64,000 bases of DNA from Nitrospirales bacterium (GCA_963422365.1 OY729426.1:1376001-1440000), one strand, 5' to 3'. Positions 40,759 to 51,561 are shown, counted from the first letter of the stretch. The notes: generated by a model from the letters alone, not told the origin. A program made the numbers and translations.

Positions 40759-42891
40759 ATGCATGTCAAACGCTGGCTTCTCCTCGCCCCGCTGCTGCTG
40801 ACGCTCTTGTTGCTGCAGTCCTACTTTTGGGTTCCGACGTATGAAAAACAGGCGATGAGTAATCCCGCGCGTCTGGTGACGTATATCGAAGCGTCTTCCG
40901 GCGATGCCAAAATTCTCAACCCGATTTTGAATGCGGACACGGCCAGCTCGAATATCGTGGGCCATGTGTTTGAAGGACTCTTGGATTTAGACGAAAACTT
41001 GAACCTTCGGGGACGGTTGGCTACGGACTGGAAAATCTCCGAAACAGCCTATTTACTCGTGAATCCTTCCACCCGCTTGCCTGACGGCACCGATGTCACG
41101 GGCACGAGCCTGACCAACCGGATTCGAACCGCGCTCCAGGACACGGCGTTTTCCGAGTTGGCGGAAAACATCGACTCCCTTCGCGTGTTGCCTGCAGCCC
41201 GCAGGACGCACAGGCTTTCCGTTCAAGCGCAAGATGCGGACGGTACTCCGACCCGTCGGGACGTGGAGGTGACCTTCGATAGTCCTGAGCGGGTGGCGTT
41301 TGCGTTGCATCGGGTGGATCAGGACTTTTTTCAACGGTTGCTCCCGATCATCGGCAATCGCTATCTCCAAAGTTTTCCGTATGAGCCGTCTGTCACTTTC
41401 CAGGAGGCGGTCCCTCCAACGATCAAAGCCCAGGTGTTCGCGCAATTGCCGGAGCTGTTTCCCGTAGCCGAGCATAATCCCATCATTGATTTCCACCTCC
41501 GTCCAGGCGTGCGGTTTCATGACGGCCATGCGTTCGATGCCGGCGATGTGAAATTTACGTATGACGCCATCATGAATCCCAAGAATCTTTCTCCGCGCAC
41601 ATCCGATTTTGAACCGATCAAGGCGGTTGAACTGCGTGACGTGCATACGGTGCGCGTCGTGTACAAACGGCTGTTTTCCCCGGCGATCAACGCCTGGACT
41701 ATGGGCATCCTCCCCGAACACCTGCTCAATGCCGATGCCATGCGAGAGGAAATGGACGCCCGCGGCCTCTCCGACGCCGCCCGGGCGGCGTTCGGCATGC
41801 GCGACAGCCGGTTTAACCGTCACCCCATCGGCAGTGGGCGGTTTCGTTTTGTCGAGTGGCAAAGCGATGAATTCATTCATCTCCGACGCAATGACGACTA
41901 TTGGGAAGGGCCTGCGGAATATCAGGATTACTACATGCGGATCGTGCCTGATTTGTTGACGCAGGAAATGGAATTTCGGTCCGGCGCGGTCGATTACTAT
42001 GGGACCCAACCGCATCAGGTCGTGCGGTACAAGGAAGATGCCACGTACCAGTCGTTTTCGAGTCTGGGGTCCGGCTATACCTATATCGGCTACAATAATC
42101 GTCGTCCGTTGTTTGCCGATCCGGCGGTGCGCCGGGCGCTGGGCATGGCGATGAACGTCGAAGATTTTCTTCAGTACGTGTTGTACGGCGAAGGGGAACG
42201 CATCACCGGTCCTTATCCTAGCAATACCCCGTGGTACGATCAGGCCGTGGAGCCCTTACCCTATGATCCCGAGACGGCGCAGGCCTTGCTGGAAGCCAAA
42301 GGCTGGCGCCTCAATGCCGATGGCTGGCTCGAAAAGGATGGAAAGATTTTTGAGTTCAATCTCATCACGAACAGCGGCAATCCCATTCGAAAAAACGTCA
42401 TGACGATCGCGCAGAACGCCTGGAAAAAAATCGGGGTGAAGTGCAATACGCACTATTTTGAATGGGCGGTGTTTCTCAAGGACTTTGTGAATACCGGGGA
42501 TTTCGATGCCGTGGTGCTTGGGTGGAGCATGGGCATCGATCCCGATTTGTATCAACTGTGGCATTCGAGTCAGGCCGGGCCGCAGCAATTGAATTTTATC
42601 GGGTATCGAAATCCCCGCGCGGACGACCTGATCGTCCGCATTCGGCAGGAGTACGATCGAGACGTGCAACGGACCATGACCCACCGCTTGCATCGACTGA
42701 TTGCGGAGGAACAGCCGTATACGTTTCTTTACGCTCCTTTGGGAACCCTGGTGTTGGATAAAAAGATCGTGTTGGTTCATCAAGCCGATGACGGATCGGA
42801 ACGGTATGAAAAAATTTACCCCATCCCGAGCGGCGATATTACGTTTTACTTTCATCAATGGCGAAAGTTGGAATTCTCGCCTGGATGGTAA
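40759..42891 (+). CDS. Peptide/nickel ABC transporter substrate-binding protein (family 5)
   Basis: LRPGVRFHDG..FDAGDVKFT, PIGSGRF, VRRAL. Confidence 0.9.
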   Translation: MHVKRWLLLAPLLLTLLLLQSYFWVPTYEKQAMSNPARLVTYIEASSGDAKILNPILNADTASSNIVGHVFEGLLDLDENLNLRGRLATDWKISETAYLLVNPSTRLPDGTDVTGTSLTNRIRTALQDTAFSELAENIDSLRVLPAARRTHRLSVQAQDADGTPTRRDVEVTFDSPERVAFALHRVDQDFFQRLLPIIGNRYLQSFPYEPSVTFQEAVPPTIKAQVFAQLPELFPVAEHNPIIDFHLRPGVRFHDGHAFDAGDVKFTYDAIMNPKNLSPRTSDFEPIKAVELRDVHTVRVVYKRLFSPAINAWTMGILPEHLLNADAMREEMDARGLSDAARAAFGMRDSRFNRHPIGSGRFRFVEWQSDEFIHLRRNDDYWEGPAEYQDYYMRIVPDLLTQEMEFRSGAVDYYGTQPHQVVRYKEDATYQSFSSLGSGYTYIGYNNRRPLFADPAVRRALGMAMNVEDFLQYVLYGEGERITGPYPSNTPWYDQAVEPLPYDPETAQALLEAKGWRLNADGWLEKDGKIFEFNLITNSGNPIRKNVMTIAQNAWKKIGVKCNTHYFEWAVFLKDFVNTGDFDAVVLGWSMGIDPDLYQLWHSSQAGPQQLNFIGYRNPRADDLIVRIRQEYDRDVQRTMTHRLHRLIAEEQPYTFLYAPLGTLVLDKKIVLVHQADDGSERYEKIYPIPSGDITFYFHQWRKLEFSPGW

Positions 42892-42925
42892 GAGACGCGA
42901 ATTCCAATTGAAGAGTTCGTCGCGG

Positions 42926-43903
42926 ATGCAAGCCTTTATTCTTCGCAATATTTTCCAACGGCTCCTGCTGGTATTCATCGTGTCCATCCTGGCGCATTCG
43001 GTGATTCATCTGGCACCCGGCGAACCCAGCGAAGTCGATCCGGCGAATCCCAGGATGAAGCCCAAAGATATCGCCAAGATTCGAGCGGCGTTTCACCTCG
43101 ACGATCCCTTGTATATGCAATACGCCTATTGGATGCGCGATCTCGTGTCCGGGGAACTGAAGTCGTTTAAGGACAGTCAACCCGTCCTGGGAAAAATCTG
43201 GCGGCGGTTTCTCAATTCGCTGCCGCTCTTTATCTGTGCCACGTTGCTGGTGTGGACCCTGGCGTTTCCCCTGGGCATTCAGGCGGCGATCCATCGTGGA
43301 GCGGTGTATGACCGCACGACGACCTTTGTGGCGTATACCCTCATTTCCGTGCCGGGCTTCTTTTTGTCCTATATCGTGATTCTCTGGGTCGTCGATCTGT
43401 TCGGTGTGCCCGTGATCGGCTTGAAAACCTTTGGGATGGAGCTGGCTCCCCCTCTCTTTCAAACGATGGACCGGATCTGGCATCTGGTGATTCCTTCGCT
43501 GATGTCTGCCCTGGGCGGGATGGCGATTCTTTCTCGGTACGTCCGCTCCCAGATGCTGGAAGTCGTGGGGCAGGATTACGTTCGGACGGCGCGGGCGAAG
43601 GGCGCCACGGAGGATGTCGTGATCTATCGGCATGCGCTGCGCAACGCGTTGTTGCCATTCGTGACCATGTTCGGGTTTTTGCTGCCGAGTTTGATCGGCG
43701 GCTCCGTCATTTTCGAGCAAATTTTCGCGTGGCCTGGTTTGGGGCGATTGGGCTATGAGGCCATTCTCGCGAGAGATTTTCCGGTGATTCTGACCTTGAA
43801 TTTTATTGCCGCGGTGTTGACGCTGGCTGGCACCTTGCTCTCGGACATTCTGTATGCCGTGGTGGATCCGAGGATTCGAACCGGGCTTCAAGGGGATACG
43901 TAA
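42926..43903 (+). CDS. Peptide ABC transporter permease (OppB-like)
   Basis: QDYVRTARAKG, HALRNAL, IFAWPGLG. Confidence 0.93.
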   Translation: MQAFILRNIFQRLLLVFIVSILAHSVIHLAPGEPSEVDPANPRMKPKDIAKIRAAFHLDDPLYMQYAYWMRDLVSGELKSFKDSQPVLGKIWRRFLNSLPLFICATLLVWTLAFPLGIQAAIHRGAVYDRTTTFVAYTLISVPGFFLSYIVILWVVDLFGVPVIGLKTFGMELAPPLFQTMDRIWHLVIPSLMSALGGMAILSRYVRSQMLEVVGQDYVRTARAKGATEDVVIYRHALRNALLPFVTMFGFLLPSLIGGSVIFEQIFAWPGLGRLGYEAILARDFPVILTLNFIAAVLTLAGTLLSDILYAVVDPRIRTGLQGDT

Positions 43904-43944
43904 TTTTTGAACGGGCATGACCATTACAACTCATAAAAGAAACG

Positions 43945-44040
43945 TGTAGGGCGCGTGCGCATCTCATGCGGCCCGAAAAAGGCGGCATACGATGCCGCAG
44001 CGACGAAAAATACTGGATTCCTGCGTTCGGGAGAATGACA
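43945..44040. repeat. REP-like palindromes between the permease genes
   Basis: tgtagggcg..gcatctcatgc, gcggcatacgatgccgc, tggattcc...gaatgaca. Confidence 0.5.
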
Positions 44041-44072
44041 GGAGGGGAGAGGGTTCAACGGATGAGGGAGCC

Positions 44073-45056
44073 GTGGAAAACGTTTCAGACGTGACAAGAA
44101 AAACGAAGAATCTTGTCGAGGACCTTCCGCCTTCGGAAACGCCGTGGCAGGAGTCCCTCCGGTTATTTCAACAGGATCGTCTTGCGCTGACAGGGGCCTA
44201 CGTCTTGGTGTTGCTCTTACTCACGGCGGTGTTTGGCAAAGTCCTGACCGAATGGGTGGTGGTGTTCGATCCCGAAGTCGTGCGGCTGCCGGAAAAATTT
44301 TTGCCTCCCTTGACCGTCTCCTCGCTCGACGGGATCCCTGCCCATGATCGACCGTTTGGCGGAATCTATCTGTTGGGGACGGATGAGTTGGGCCGTGACG
44401 TGTTCGCGCGAATGCTCCAAGGGTCCTTCGTGTCGTTGTCCATCGGGTTTATCGCCGTGGGCATTTCCTTGGCGATCGGCATCGTGCTGGGCGGACTGTC
44501 CGGGTTTTATGGAAACCTCAATCTCGGCGTGGTGACGGTCGATACCCTTATCATGCGGTTCACCGATGTGATGTTGTGTTTTCCAACTTTTTTCTTGATC
44601 CTCACGGTGGTGGCCCTCTTACCGCCCAGCATTTATAACATTATGGTTGTGATCGGGCTGACCAGTTGGATGGGGACCGCCCGGTTCGTCCGTGCCGAAT
44701 TTCTGGCCTTACGCAAACAGGATTTCGTGGTGGCCGCTACGTCGATCGGTGCCCCTGACAGGCGTGTGATTTTTTCCCACATGGTCCCCAATGCCATCGC
44801 GCCCGTGTTAGTCTCGGCCACCATCGGCGTGGCTACGGCCATCTTGACCGAATCGGGCTTGAGCTTTCTCGGGTTCGGCGTGCAACCGCCGTATGCTACG
44901 TGGGGCAATATCCTTGCCGACGGCAAGGGGTTTATCTTTGACGCACCATGGCTCTTTTTTATTCCGGGCCTGGCGATTCTGGTGGTGGTGTTGGCGTTTA
45001 ACTTAGTCGGAGAAGGATTGCGTGAAGCCCTCAATCCGAAACTGCAGAGACGCTGA
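44073..45056 (+). CDS. Peptide ABC transporter permease (OppC-like)
   Basis: LGTDELGRD, ESGLSFLGFG, GEGLREALNP; start uncertain. Confidence 0.92.
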   Translation: MENVSDVTRKTKNLVEDLPPSETPWQESLRLFQQDRLALTGAYVLVLLLLTAVFGKVLTEWVVVFDPEVVRLPEKFLPPLTVSSLDGIPAHDRPFGGIYLLGTDELGRDVFARMLQGSFVSLSIGFIAVGISLAIGIVLGGLSGFYGNLNLGVVTVDTLIMRFTDVMLCFPTFFLILTVVALLPPSIYNIMVVIGLTSWMGTARFVRAEFLALRKQDFVVAATSIGAPDRRVIFSHMVPNAIAPVLVSATIGVATAILTESGLSFLGFGVQPPYATWGNILADGKGFIFDAPWLFFIPGLAILVVVLAFNLVGEGLREALNPKLQRR

Positions 45057-45059
45057 ACC

Positions 45060-46060
45060 GTGAACGCCTCATCCTCTCATCTTCTCGAAGTGTCGCACCT
45101 CTCGACGTCCTTTTTTTCGGATCAGGGGGAGATTCGAGCCGTTGAGGATGTCAGTTTCTCGATTCAGCCGGGACAAACCGTGGCACTTGTCGGGGAATCG
45201 GGGTGCGGGAAATCCGTGACGGCCTTGTCGGTCATGCAGTTGGTGGATTTTCCGGGAAAAGTGGTGGGAGGGCAGGTGGTGTTTAAAGGATCCGACTTGC
45301 TGACCTTGCCCGATCAGGACATTCGACGGATACGCGGCAATCACATCGGCATGGTCTTTCAGGAACCCATGACGTCGCTGAATCCGGTCTTCACGATCGG
45401 CGATCAGATCGGCGAGGTGTTGGAAATTCATATGACCTTGACCAAACGGGACATTCGGCGAGAAGTCATTCGCTTGTTAGAGAAAGTCCATATTCCTTCA
45501 CCGGACAAGCGTATCGATCAATACCCGCACGAAATGTCCGGCGGCATGAAACAGCGGGTGATGATTGCCATGGCCTTGGCGTGTCAGCCCGACCTGCTCA
45601 TCGCCGATGAGCCGACCACGGCGTTGGATGTGACGATTCAGGCCCAGATCCTGGAATTACTGAATGATCTGCAACGCGACATGGGCATGGCGATTCTGCT
45701 GATCACGCATAACTTGGGAGTCGTGGCGCAGTTCGCGCAGGACGTTATTGTGATGTATGCAAGCCGAATCGTGGAACGCGCGAGTGTGGCTCAGCTCTTT
45801 GCCACGCCGTCCCATCCGTATACGCGTGGTTGTTGCGTTCGTTGCCGAAGCCCGGTGTACGCGAAACTAGGCTCGAATCGATCCCTGGCACGGTTCCTTC
45901 GCCCCTGATGTATTGCCGGGGCTGCCATTTTTCCACCCGATGTCCGGAAGTGTTGGACTGTTGCGCCGATGAGGAACCGCCGCTCATTGAAATCGAGCCG
46001 GGCCATGAAGCCGTGTGCTGGTTGCATCAACCCGGGAGAAGGTCGCGTCTCGTTCAATGA
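45060..46060 (+). pseudogene. Peptide ABC ATPase (OppD-like), 1-bp frameshift near 45829
   Basis: [29 protein letters not shown] continues as LLRSLP...CHFSTRC in another frame. Confidence 0.85.
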
Positions 46061-47049
46061 ACATGGAACCACCTGACGGACAGCCCTTGCTTGATGTCTT
46101 GCGTCTCAAAAAATATTTCCCCGTCCGAAGCGGCCTCTTGTCGAACGTGTCCGCGTGGGTCAAGGCGGTGGATGATGTCACGTTCGATATCACGCCCGGG
46201 GAAACCTTCGGGTTAGTCGGGGAATCCGGCTGCGGCAAAACCACCGTGGGCCGAACGGTGCTTCGGTTACAGCCTCCCTCCGGCGGCGAAGTTTTTTTTG
46301 AAGGTGAGAATCTGTTTGCCATGGATTCCCAAACGTTGCGGGCCACGCGCCGCCGGATGCAGATCGTGTTTCAGGATCCCTATAGTTCGCTGAATCCTCG
46401 CATGCCCGTCGGCTCCATCGTGGGCGAGCCGTTCAAAGTCCATCACCTGGCAAAAGGTCGGGACTTGACGGATCGAGTGTCTCGACTCCTCGACCGCGTG
46501 GGACTGAGACCGGATCATTCTTCGCGCTATCCGCATGAATTTTCCGGAGGGCAACGCCAGCGAATCGGCATTGCGCGCGCCCTGGCGCTGAACCCGAAGC
46601 TGATCGTGTGCGATGAAGCGGTCTCGGCCTTGGATGTGTCCATTCAGGCGCAGATCATCAATCTGCTCAAGGATCTGCAGGCAGAGTATCATTTGTCCTA
46701 CTTGTTCATTACGCACGACCTGAATGTGGTGCAGTATATCGCCGATCGGATCGCCGTGATGTATTTGGGAAAATTGGCGGAAGTGGCTCCGGCCGACACC
46801 TTATTCTCCAACGCCAAACATCCCTATACCCAAGCCCTGCTTTCCGCTAATCCGTTGCCGGATCCCACGGTGAAACACGAACGCATCTTGCTGTCGGGTG
46901 ATGTGCCGACTCCGCTGAATCCGCCCCCCGGCTGCCGGTTCCACACCCGATGCCCGCACGTGATGGATCATTGCAAAACCATCGACCCGCCCCTCATACG
47001 GATCGGCAAGCCCGAAGACCGCCATACGGTTTGGTGCCATTTGTCTTAA
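46057..47049 (+). CDS. Peptide ABC ATPase (OppF-like)
   Basis: GESGCGKT, FSGGQRQR, GCRFHTRCP. Confidence 0.93.
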   Translation: MNMEPPDGQPLLDVLRLKKYFPVRSGLLSNVSAWVKAVDDVTFDITPGETFGLVGESGCGKTTVGRTVLRLQPPSGGEVFFEGENLFAMDSQTLRATRRRMQIVFQDPYSSLNPRMPVGSIVGEPFKVHHLAKGRDLTDRVSRLLDRVGLRPDHSSRYPHEFSGGQRQRIGIARALALNPKLIVCDEAVSALDVSIQAQIINLLKDLQAEYHLSYLFITHDLNVVQYIADRIAVMYLGKLAEVAPADTLFSNAKHPYTQALLSANPLPDPTVKHERILLSGDVPTPLNPPPGCRFHTRCPHVMDHCKTIDPPLIRIGKPEDRHTVWCHLS

Positions 47050-47219
47050 GGAGAGCAACGATGTCCCACATCCGTGGGATTCATGACCCCGTTGGGGAAA
47101 CGTTGACCGTGTACGTTGGTGAGCCTCGACCCGACCTCGTCATCAAGATGTTGAACCTCTGATGATAGGAAGTTTGTATGGGAGCAGATGAAGAATCAGG
47201 GCTCTGGACATCCCACGCC

Positions 47220-47523
47220 ATGTACAGACAATATACGATTAGGTTCAGTTGGGAGCAGGACAAAGCGAAGTCCAATCTGAGGAAAGCCCTGAGTTTCCTT
47301 TGAAGAAGCCCAATCCGTCTTCTACGACGAGTTTGCAATACAATTCTATGATGACAGTGCCGCTGAAGAAGACAGGTTTATTCTACTTGGCATGAAGAAT
47401 CAATCTCGTATTCTGGTCGTCGTCTATTGTGAGCGAGGTACAGATGGTGAAGAACTTCGCATTATTTCAGCATGAAAAGCCACGAAAAAAGAATATCACC
47501 ACTACCGAGGTCATTCGTCATGA
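47220..47523 (+). pseudogene. brnT: BrnT-family toxin pseudogene
   Basis: FSWEQDKAKSNLRK / VSFEEAQSVFYD...EDRFILLG...LRIISA*KATKKE. Confidence 0.85.
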
Positions 47524-47737
47524 AAAAAGAGTATGATTTTTCCACAATGAAATCCCGTAAGAACCCTTACGCGTCCAAGTTAAAAAACTTGTAACGATCC
47601 GTCTGAGCGAGGACGTTATTGAGTATTTCAAGGAAATGGCTGAGGAGTCAGGTATGCCTTATCAACGTTTAATCAACCTTTATCTGCGCGATTGTGCCAA
47701 CCGGCATCGTAAGGTTGATATCCAGTGGCAACTTTGA
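47520..47737 (+). pseudogene. BrnA-like antitoxin pseudogene
   Basis: MKKEYDFS..RKNPYA..LKK / VTIRLSEDVIEYFKEMAEESGMPYQRLINLYLRDC. Confidence 0.85.
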
Positions 47738-47864
47738 CTGAGCCTCGATCCGACTAAGTGTGCGAGGAAACCGGTGAGGGGGGGTGATCCTCATCAAGGG
47801 TCAGCAGAGCGGCGAGGTGACAGGGTTCGAACGCCTCTATTACCAGGCTGTTCCCTGCCCCCCC

Positions 47865-48710
47865 AATACCTATCAGGCTTTGAGGCCCTGGTCCGCTTAA
47901 ATGCCGAAGTAGGCAAGCAACGATTTTCTAAGATTGAGATCGACATGACGACCACCGCCTGGCTTGATGCAGACATGTGCTCGCCGTTTGGAGCCATTCT
48001 CTATCGTATCGGGCATAACATGAATACGATTCATTTGACCAATCTGCGGTCTGATGGTGGAACAATTCTTTCCAAAAGTGCTTTCCTCGGTCATTATGGG
48101 CGCATGCCCGTTCGGGATACTTATGGCACGACGATTCCTTATCAGCGCTTCGACGTGAAGGACGATCGATTTTTTACCAGCTATGCGGAGTCGAAATTCG
48201 TCGGGCGGTCGGAACTCCCTCGGATGACTCAGGGCTTTGTGAAACGGTTCCGCGAAAGCGGATTTGAAATTTTCAGCAACGCGGTGATCTATTCTGGCAC
48301 ACAGTTGGGGGATTTTCAGTTGCGGCCAATTGTTCCCCAGGCGACACCGTCTAGACTTCTCTGTCGCAGACGTAGGCATCAGCATTCGTCATAATGTAAA
48401 AAAACTGCGGGCTTGACTTTTGCGGGGCTCATGAAGCGATTGTATGGGCCACAGAAAGGGCAATGCGACCAAACGAGGGTCAATTCCTGGGGGTCTTGGC
48501 CTTAAGCTTTTGAGCGAGTTCATCAAGCTTAAGAGTGGCCGTCTTCAGATTGTTTCCGATTCCGGCTATTGGTCTTTGGAAAATTCAGATATTCAAACTG
48601 CGCTTCTCAGCGCCCCGTTTCCCTGTACCGTGGCCAATGTTGAAAGCGACACGGCAGATACGCAATCCTCCGCGCTTTCGTCGGTGTTGAAGGAGTCAGA
48701 CATTTTTTAA
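47865..48710 (+). pseudogene. GHKL/HATPase_c protein (anti-sigma kinase-like), frameshifted and 5'-truncated
   Basis: EIFSNAV N-box, FSVADVGISI, GGLGL, FPCTV across three frames. Confidence 0.75.
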
Positions 48711-48731
48711 CGCTTTAGAAGGGGCCACTTC

Positions 48732-49091
48732 ATGAGCAAGGAGATTAGAGTTTCTCCGTTCGAAATTGTTGGCAACTTGCTTTGCGTCGCTTCGGACGAT
48801 GGGCAGAAGGTGTATGACCGCATCGCCATGGCCCTTCGTGATGGGCAGAACGTCATCGTCTCATTCCACAACGTGACGAGTTTAACTTCTGCGTTTCTGA
48901 ATGCCGCTATCGGGCAGTTGTATGGATCCTTTTCGGCTGATCAGATTCGAGCCAAACGGCAGGTGAAAGACATGGCGGCCGAAGATCTGGCCTTGCTCAA
49001 GCGAGTTGTTGGCACGGCAAAGGAATACTTCAAAGATCCTGAACGATTTCAGAAAGCCGAGCAGGCCGCGCTAGAGGGCAGGGATGTCTGA
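48732..49091 (+). CDS. STAS-like DUF4325 protein
   Basis: DDGQKVYDRI...VSFHNVTSLTSAFLNAAIGQLYG. Confidence 0.8.
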   Translation: MSKEIRVSPFEIVGNLLCVASDDGQKVYDRIAMALRDGQNVIVSFHNVTSLTSAFLNAAIGQLYGSFSADQIRAKRQVKDMAAEDLALLKRVVGTAKEYFKDPERFQKAEQAALEGRDV

Positions 49092-49610
49092 TAGGGCTTT
49101 GCCCATTGAGCGGCACATGTTCCGTAAAGAAGACAAGCTGCGTTTTGATACGAATGTCTGGGTATTCATTGATGGGTCCCTGTATCGATCTGCCGATAAA
49201 CGTGCAAGGCTTTATTCTGATGCGTATAAGCGCATTTTGGAAATTCGATGCCGAACTTTTATTGATGCCATCATCCTCTCCGAATTTGTGAACGGCCTTT
49301 CCCTGATGGGCTACCATGGCTTGCCTTCTGAGAGACCTCAAGCCTTCAAAACGTTCAGACGAAGTGCCCCGTTGCCAAGGGCATTTCCGATGCCTGCCAC
49401 TGAATTGTGAGATCTTGCACAAGAATTGAGAGGCTTTGCCTCACTTGATGTTGATGCGCTGCTAAATTGCTATCAAAAAGGCAAGGCTGATTTTAATGAC
49501 CTCATCCTCACTCAGCTAAAAGACAAGGTCTTACCTTAGTGACCGACGAGGGCGATTTTCGTGGAAGCGCATTGAAAATTTTGACGGGCAACCGGCGTCT
49601 GCTCACCTAA
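49084..49610 (+). pseudogene. PIN-domain protein, frameshifted
   Basis: FDTNVW, LSEFVN, then DFNDLIL and LVTDEGDF..ILTGNRRLL in shifted frames. Confidence 0.75.
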
Positions 49611-49666
49611 GCAATAAGCTGTCAGGCTTACCCCGGCCTTAGCCACAGCATGATGTCGAGCCTTCC

Positions 49667-49696
49667 TTGCGAGCCAGCAAAGCTGGTTCGTATAAT
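49667..49696 (+). promoter_or_regulatory. Possible sigma70 promoter
   Basis: TTGCGA-18 bp-TATAAT upstream of the MEMO-family gene. Confidence 0.45.
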
Positions 49697-49756
49697 CAAA
49701 CATTCACGTGCCAAGGCGGACTATGAATCGATGATGCCGTACAAGCAGGAGTGTGC

Positions 49757-51001
49757 ATGACCGAGCAAGATCCGAAACCCTATCCCGCGCTTCGGAATAT
49801 CCAGTATTCGCCCATGAAACAGGGTGAGGAGCAGTACATCGTCTTGTGGGACCCTACCGGGTTGAGTGCGGAAAAACTCATTGTTCCCCTCAACTTTTTC
49901 TATCTGTTTCAATTTCTGGATGGGGAGCATTCCTTGGAACAAATCGGCGTCGAATATCTGAAAAAATACGGCGAGTTCCTGATGCCGAACAAGCTCGATC
50001 TGCTCATTGCCGACCTAGATGAAAAGCTGTTTCTGGAAGGCGACCGATACGAGGCCGCCAAGGCGGCTGCAGTCAAAGCCTATCGTGAGGCACCAATGCG
50101 GAAGCCCCAATTTGCGGGCAAAAGCTACGAAGACGATCCGCAAAAACTCCAAGCTCAGATTGCAGGGTTCTTTGCCTCGAAGGAAGGCCCTGGTCGCGAC
50201 CCGTCGGCCAATCAAAGAAAACCCATCAAAGCTCTGGTCGTGCCGAGCTACGAGGTGAACAAAGCTGGTGCGTTATACGCGTGGGCGTATAACGCATTGC
50301 GGGAGGCGGAAGCGCCGGATGTCTATATTCTATTGGGGACGGCCCATGCCGGGTTAACGGAGCCCGTGGCCGTGACGGATAAAGATTTTGAAACCCCGTT
50401 GGGGGTGGTGCCGGTCAATCGGCCGCTCATGGAGTATTTACAATCCAAGGGTGGGAATGCGTTGTTCGCTGATGAATTGCGGCATCAAACGGAACACAGC
50501 ATCGAATTTCAGTTACCCTTTCTTCAGGAAACCGTGGGCACGCAACAGGCGATCTCTATTGTCCCGGTCTTGTCTTCGTTCTCGCCCGGTTGTTTCATTG
50601 ATTCCGAACTCAAAGATTTCGTCGACCGCATCGAGCAGTTTGTGGCGCTGTTGAAAGACGCGATTGCCGCGTCAGGTCAAAAGGTTTGTCTCATCGCCAG
50701 TGCGAATCTCGCGCATATAGGTTTGCGCTATGGTGATAATACGGCCCCAACGGATTTTTCTTTCCACCGCTGCATGCAAACCGACCTGGAAATGCTGAAG
50801 CACGTGGAAAATGTCGATGCCCAAGGCTTTGCCGAATTTCTCCTCAAAGAACAAGACCACCGCCACGTCTTAGGCTTCTCGGCGATTTATCTGCTCTTGC
50901 GATTGATTGAGGCGGAAAAAGGTGAAGTGTTGCGCTATGATCGCGAGATCGTCGATCAATTCAACTCTACCGTCACCTATGCCAGCGCCGCGTTTTTTTA
51001 A
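49757..51001 (+). CDS. MEMO1-family (AmmeMemoRadiSam protein B-like) protein
   Basis: RKPQFAGKSY, FETPLG, EHSIEFQLPFLQ, ANLAHIG. Confidence 0.85.
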   Translation: MTEQDPKPYPALRNIQYSPMKQGEEQYIVLWDPTGLSAEKLIVPLNFFYLFQFLDGEHSLEQIGVEYLKKYGEFLMPNKLDLLIADLDEKLFLEGDRYEAAKAAAVKAYREAPMRKPQFAGKSYEDDPQKLQAQIAGFFASKEGPGRDPSANQRKPIKALVVPSYEVNKAGALYAWAYNALREAEAPDVYILLGTAHAGLTEPVAVTDKDFETPLGVVPVNRPLMEYLQSKGGNALFADELRHQTEHSIEFQLPFLQETVGTQQAISIVPVLSSFSPGCFIDSELKDFVDRIEQFVALLKDAIAASGQKVCLIASANLAHIGLRYGDNTAPTDFSFHRCMQTDLEMLKHVENVDAQGFAEFLLKEQDHRHVLGFSAIYLLLRLIEAEKGEVLRYDREIVDQFNSTVTYASAAFF

Positions 51002-51030
51002 GAAACCTGCCCGTTGGTCGGCTGTCTGGT

Positions 51031-51561
51031 TTACTCTTCCACCACGTGGACGGTCATGGTGACGGGTTCTAATGGATTGTCCTGGGGATCCCGTCCCACT
51101 GCCACAATCTTATCCACCACCTCCATGCCTTTCCTGACTTTTCCGAAGACGGTGTAGGTTCGGTCCAAGCTGCTCGTATCCTCCACGCAGATAAAAAACT
51201 GAGACCCATTGTCGTTGACGTCACGGGTTCGATCGTCGTTCCGAGGCATTTTGGCCATGGAAACCGTGCCGCGGCGGTGCGGCCGGTCGCTTGGTTCCGG
51301 AGTCAGGCTGAAACCGGGGCCACCGGTTCCATGTAGACTACGATCTGGTTCTCTGCTGAGCGGATCGCCGCCTTGAATGATGAAGCCTGGCACCACGCGG
51401 TGAAAGGTCGTCCCATTATACAGTCCGATTTTGGCGAGGTTCAGAAAATTGTCCACGTGGCGAGGAGCCACGTCCGTGTAAAACTGGACCGTGAGGTTTC
51501 CGAACTTGGTGGAGATGACGACGGTGGGATTTTTTCTCTTGAAGGTCAGGGGGGCACTCAT
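51031..51561 (-). CDS. Cyclophilin-type peptidyl-prolyl isomerase
   Basis: FHRVVPGFIIQGGDP, GSQFFI, YTVFGKV. Confidence 0.95.
   Translation of the reverse strand: MSAPLTFKRKNPTVVISTKFGNLTVQFYTDVAPRHVDNFLNLAKIGLYNGTTFHRVVPGFIIQGGDPLSREPDRSLHGTGGPGFSLTPEPSDRPHRRGTVSMAKMPRNDDRTRDVNDNGSQFFICVEDTSSLDRTYTVFGKVRKGMEVVDKIVAVGRDPQDNPLEPVTMTVHVVEE

Larger units (their letters stand above)
47061..47862 (+). pseudogene. Small gene (DUF2283-like) split by the brnTA insertion; halves at 47061-47135 and 47739-47862
   Basis: AAGGAG SD; MSHIRGIHDPVGETLTVYVGEPRPD resumes as EPRSD*VCEETGE(G)VILIKGQQSGEVTGFERLYY. Confidence 0.5.
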
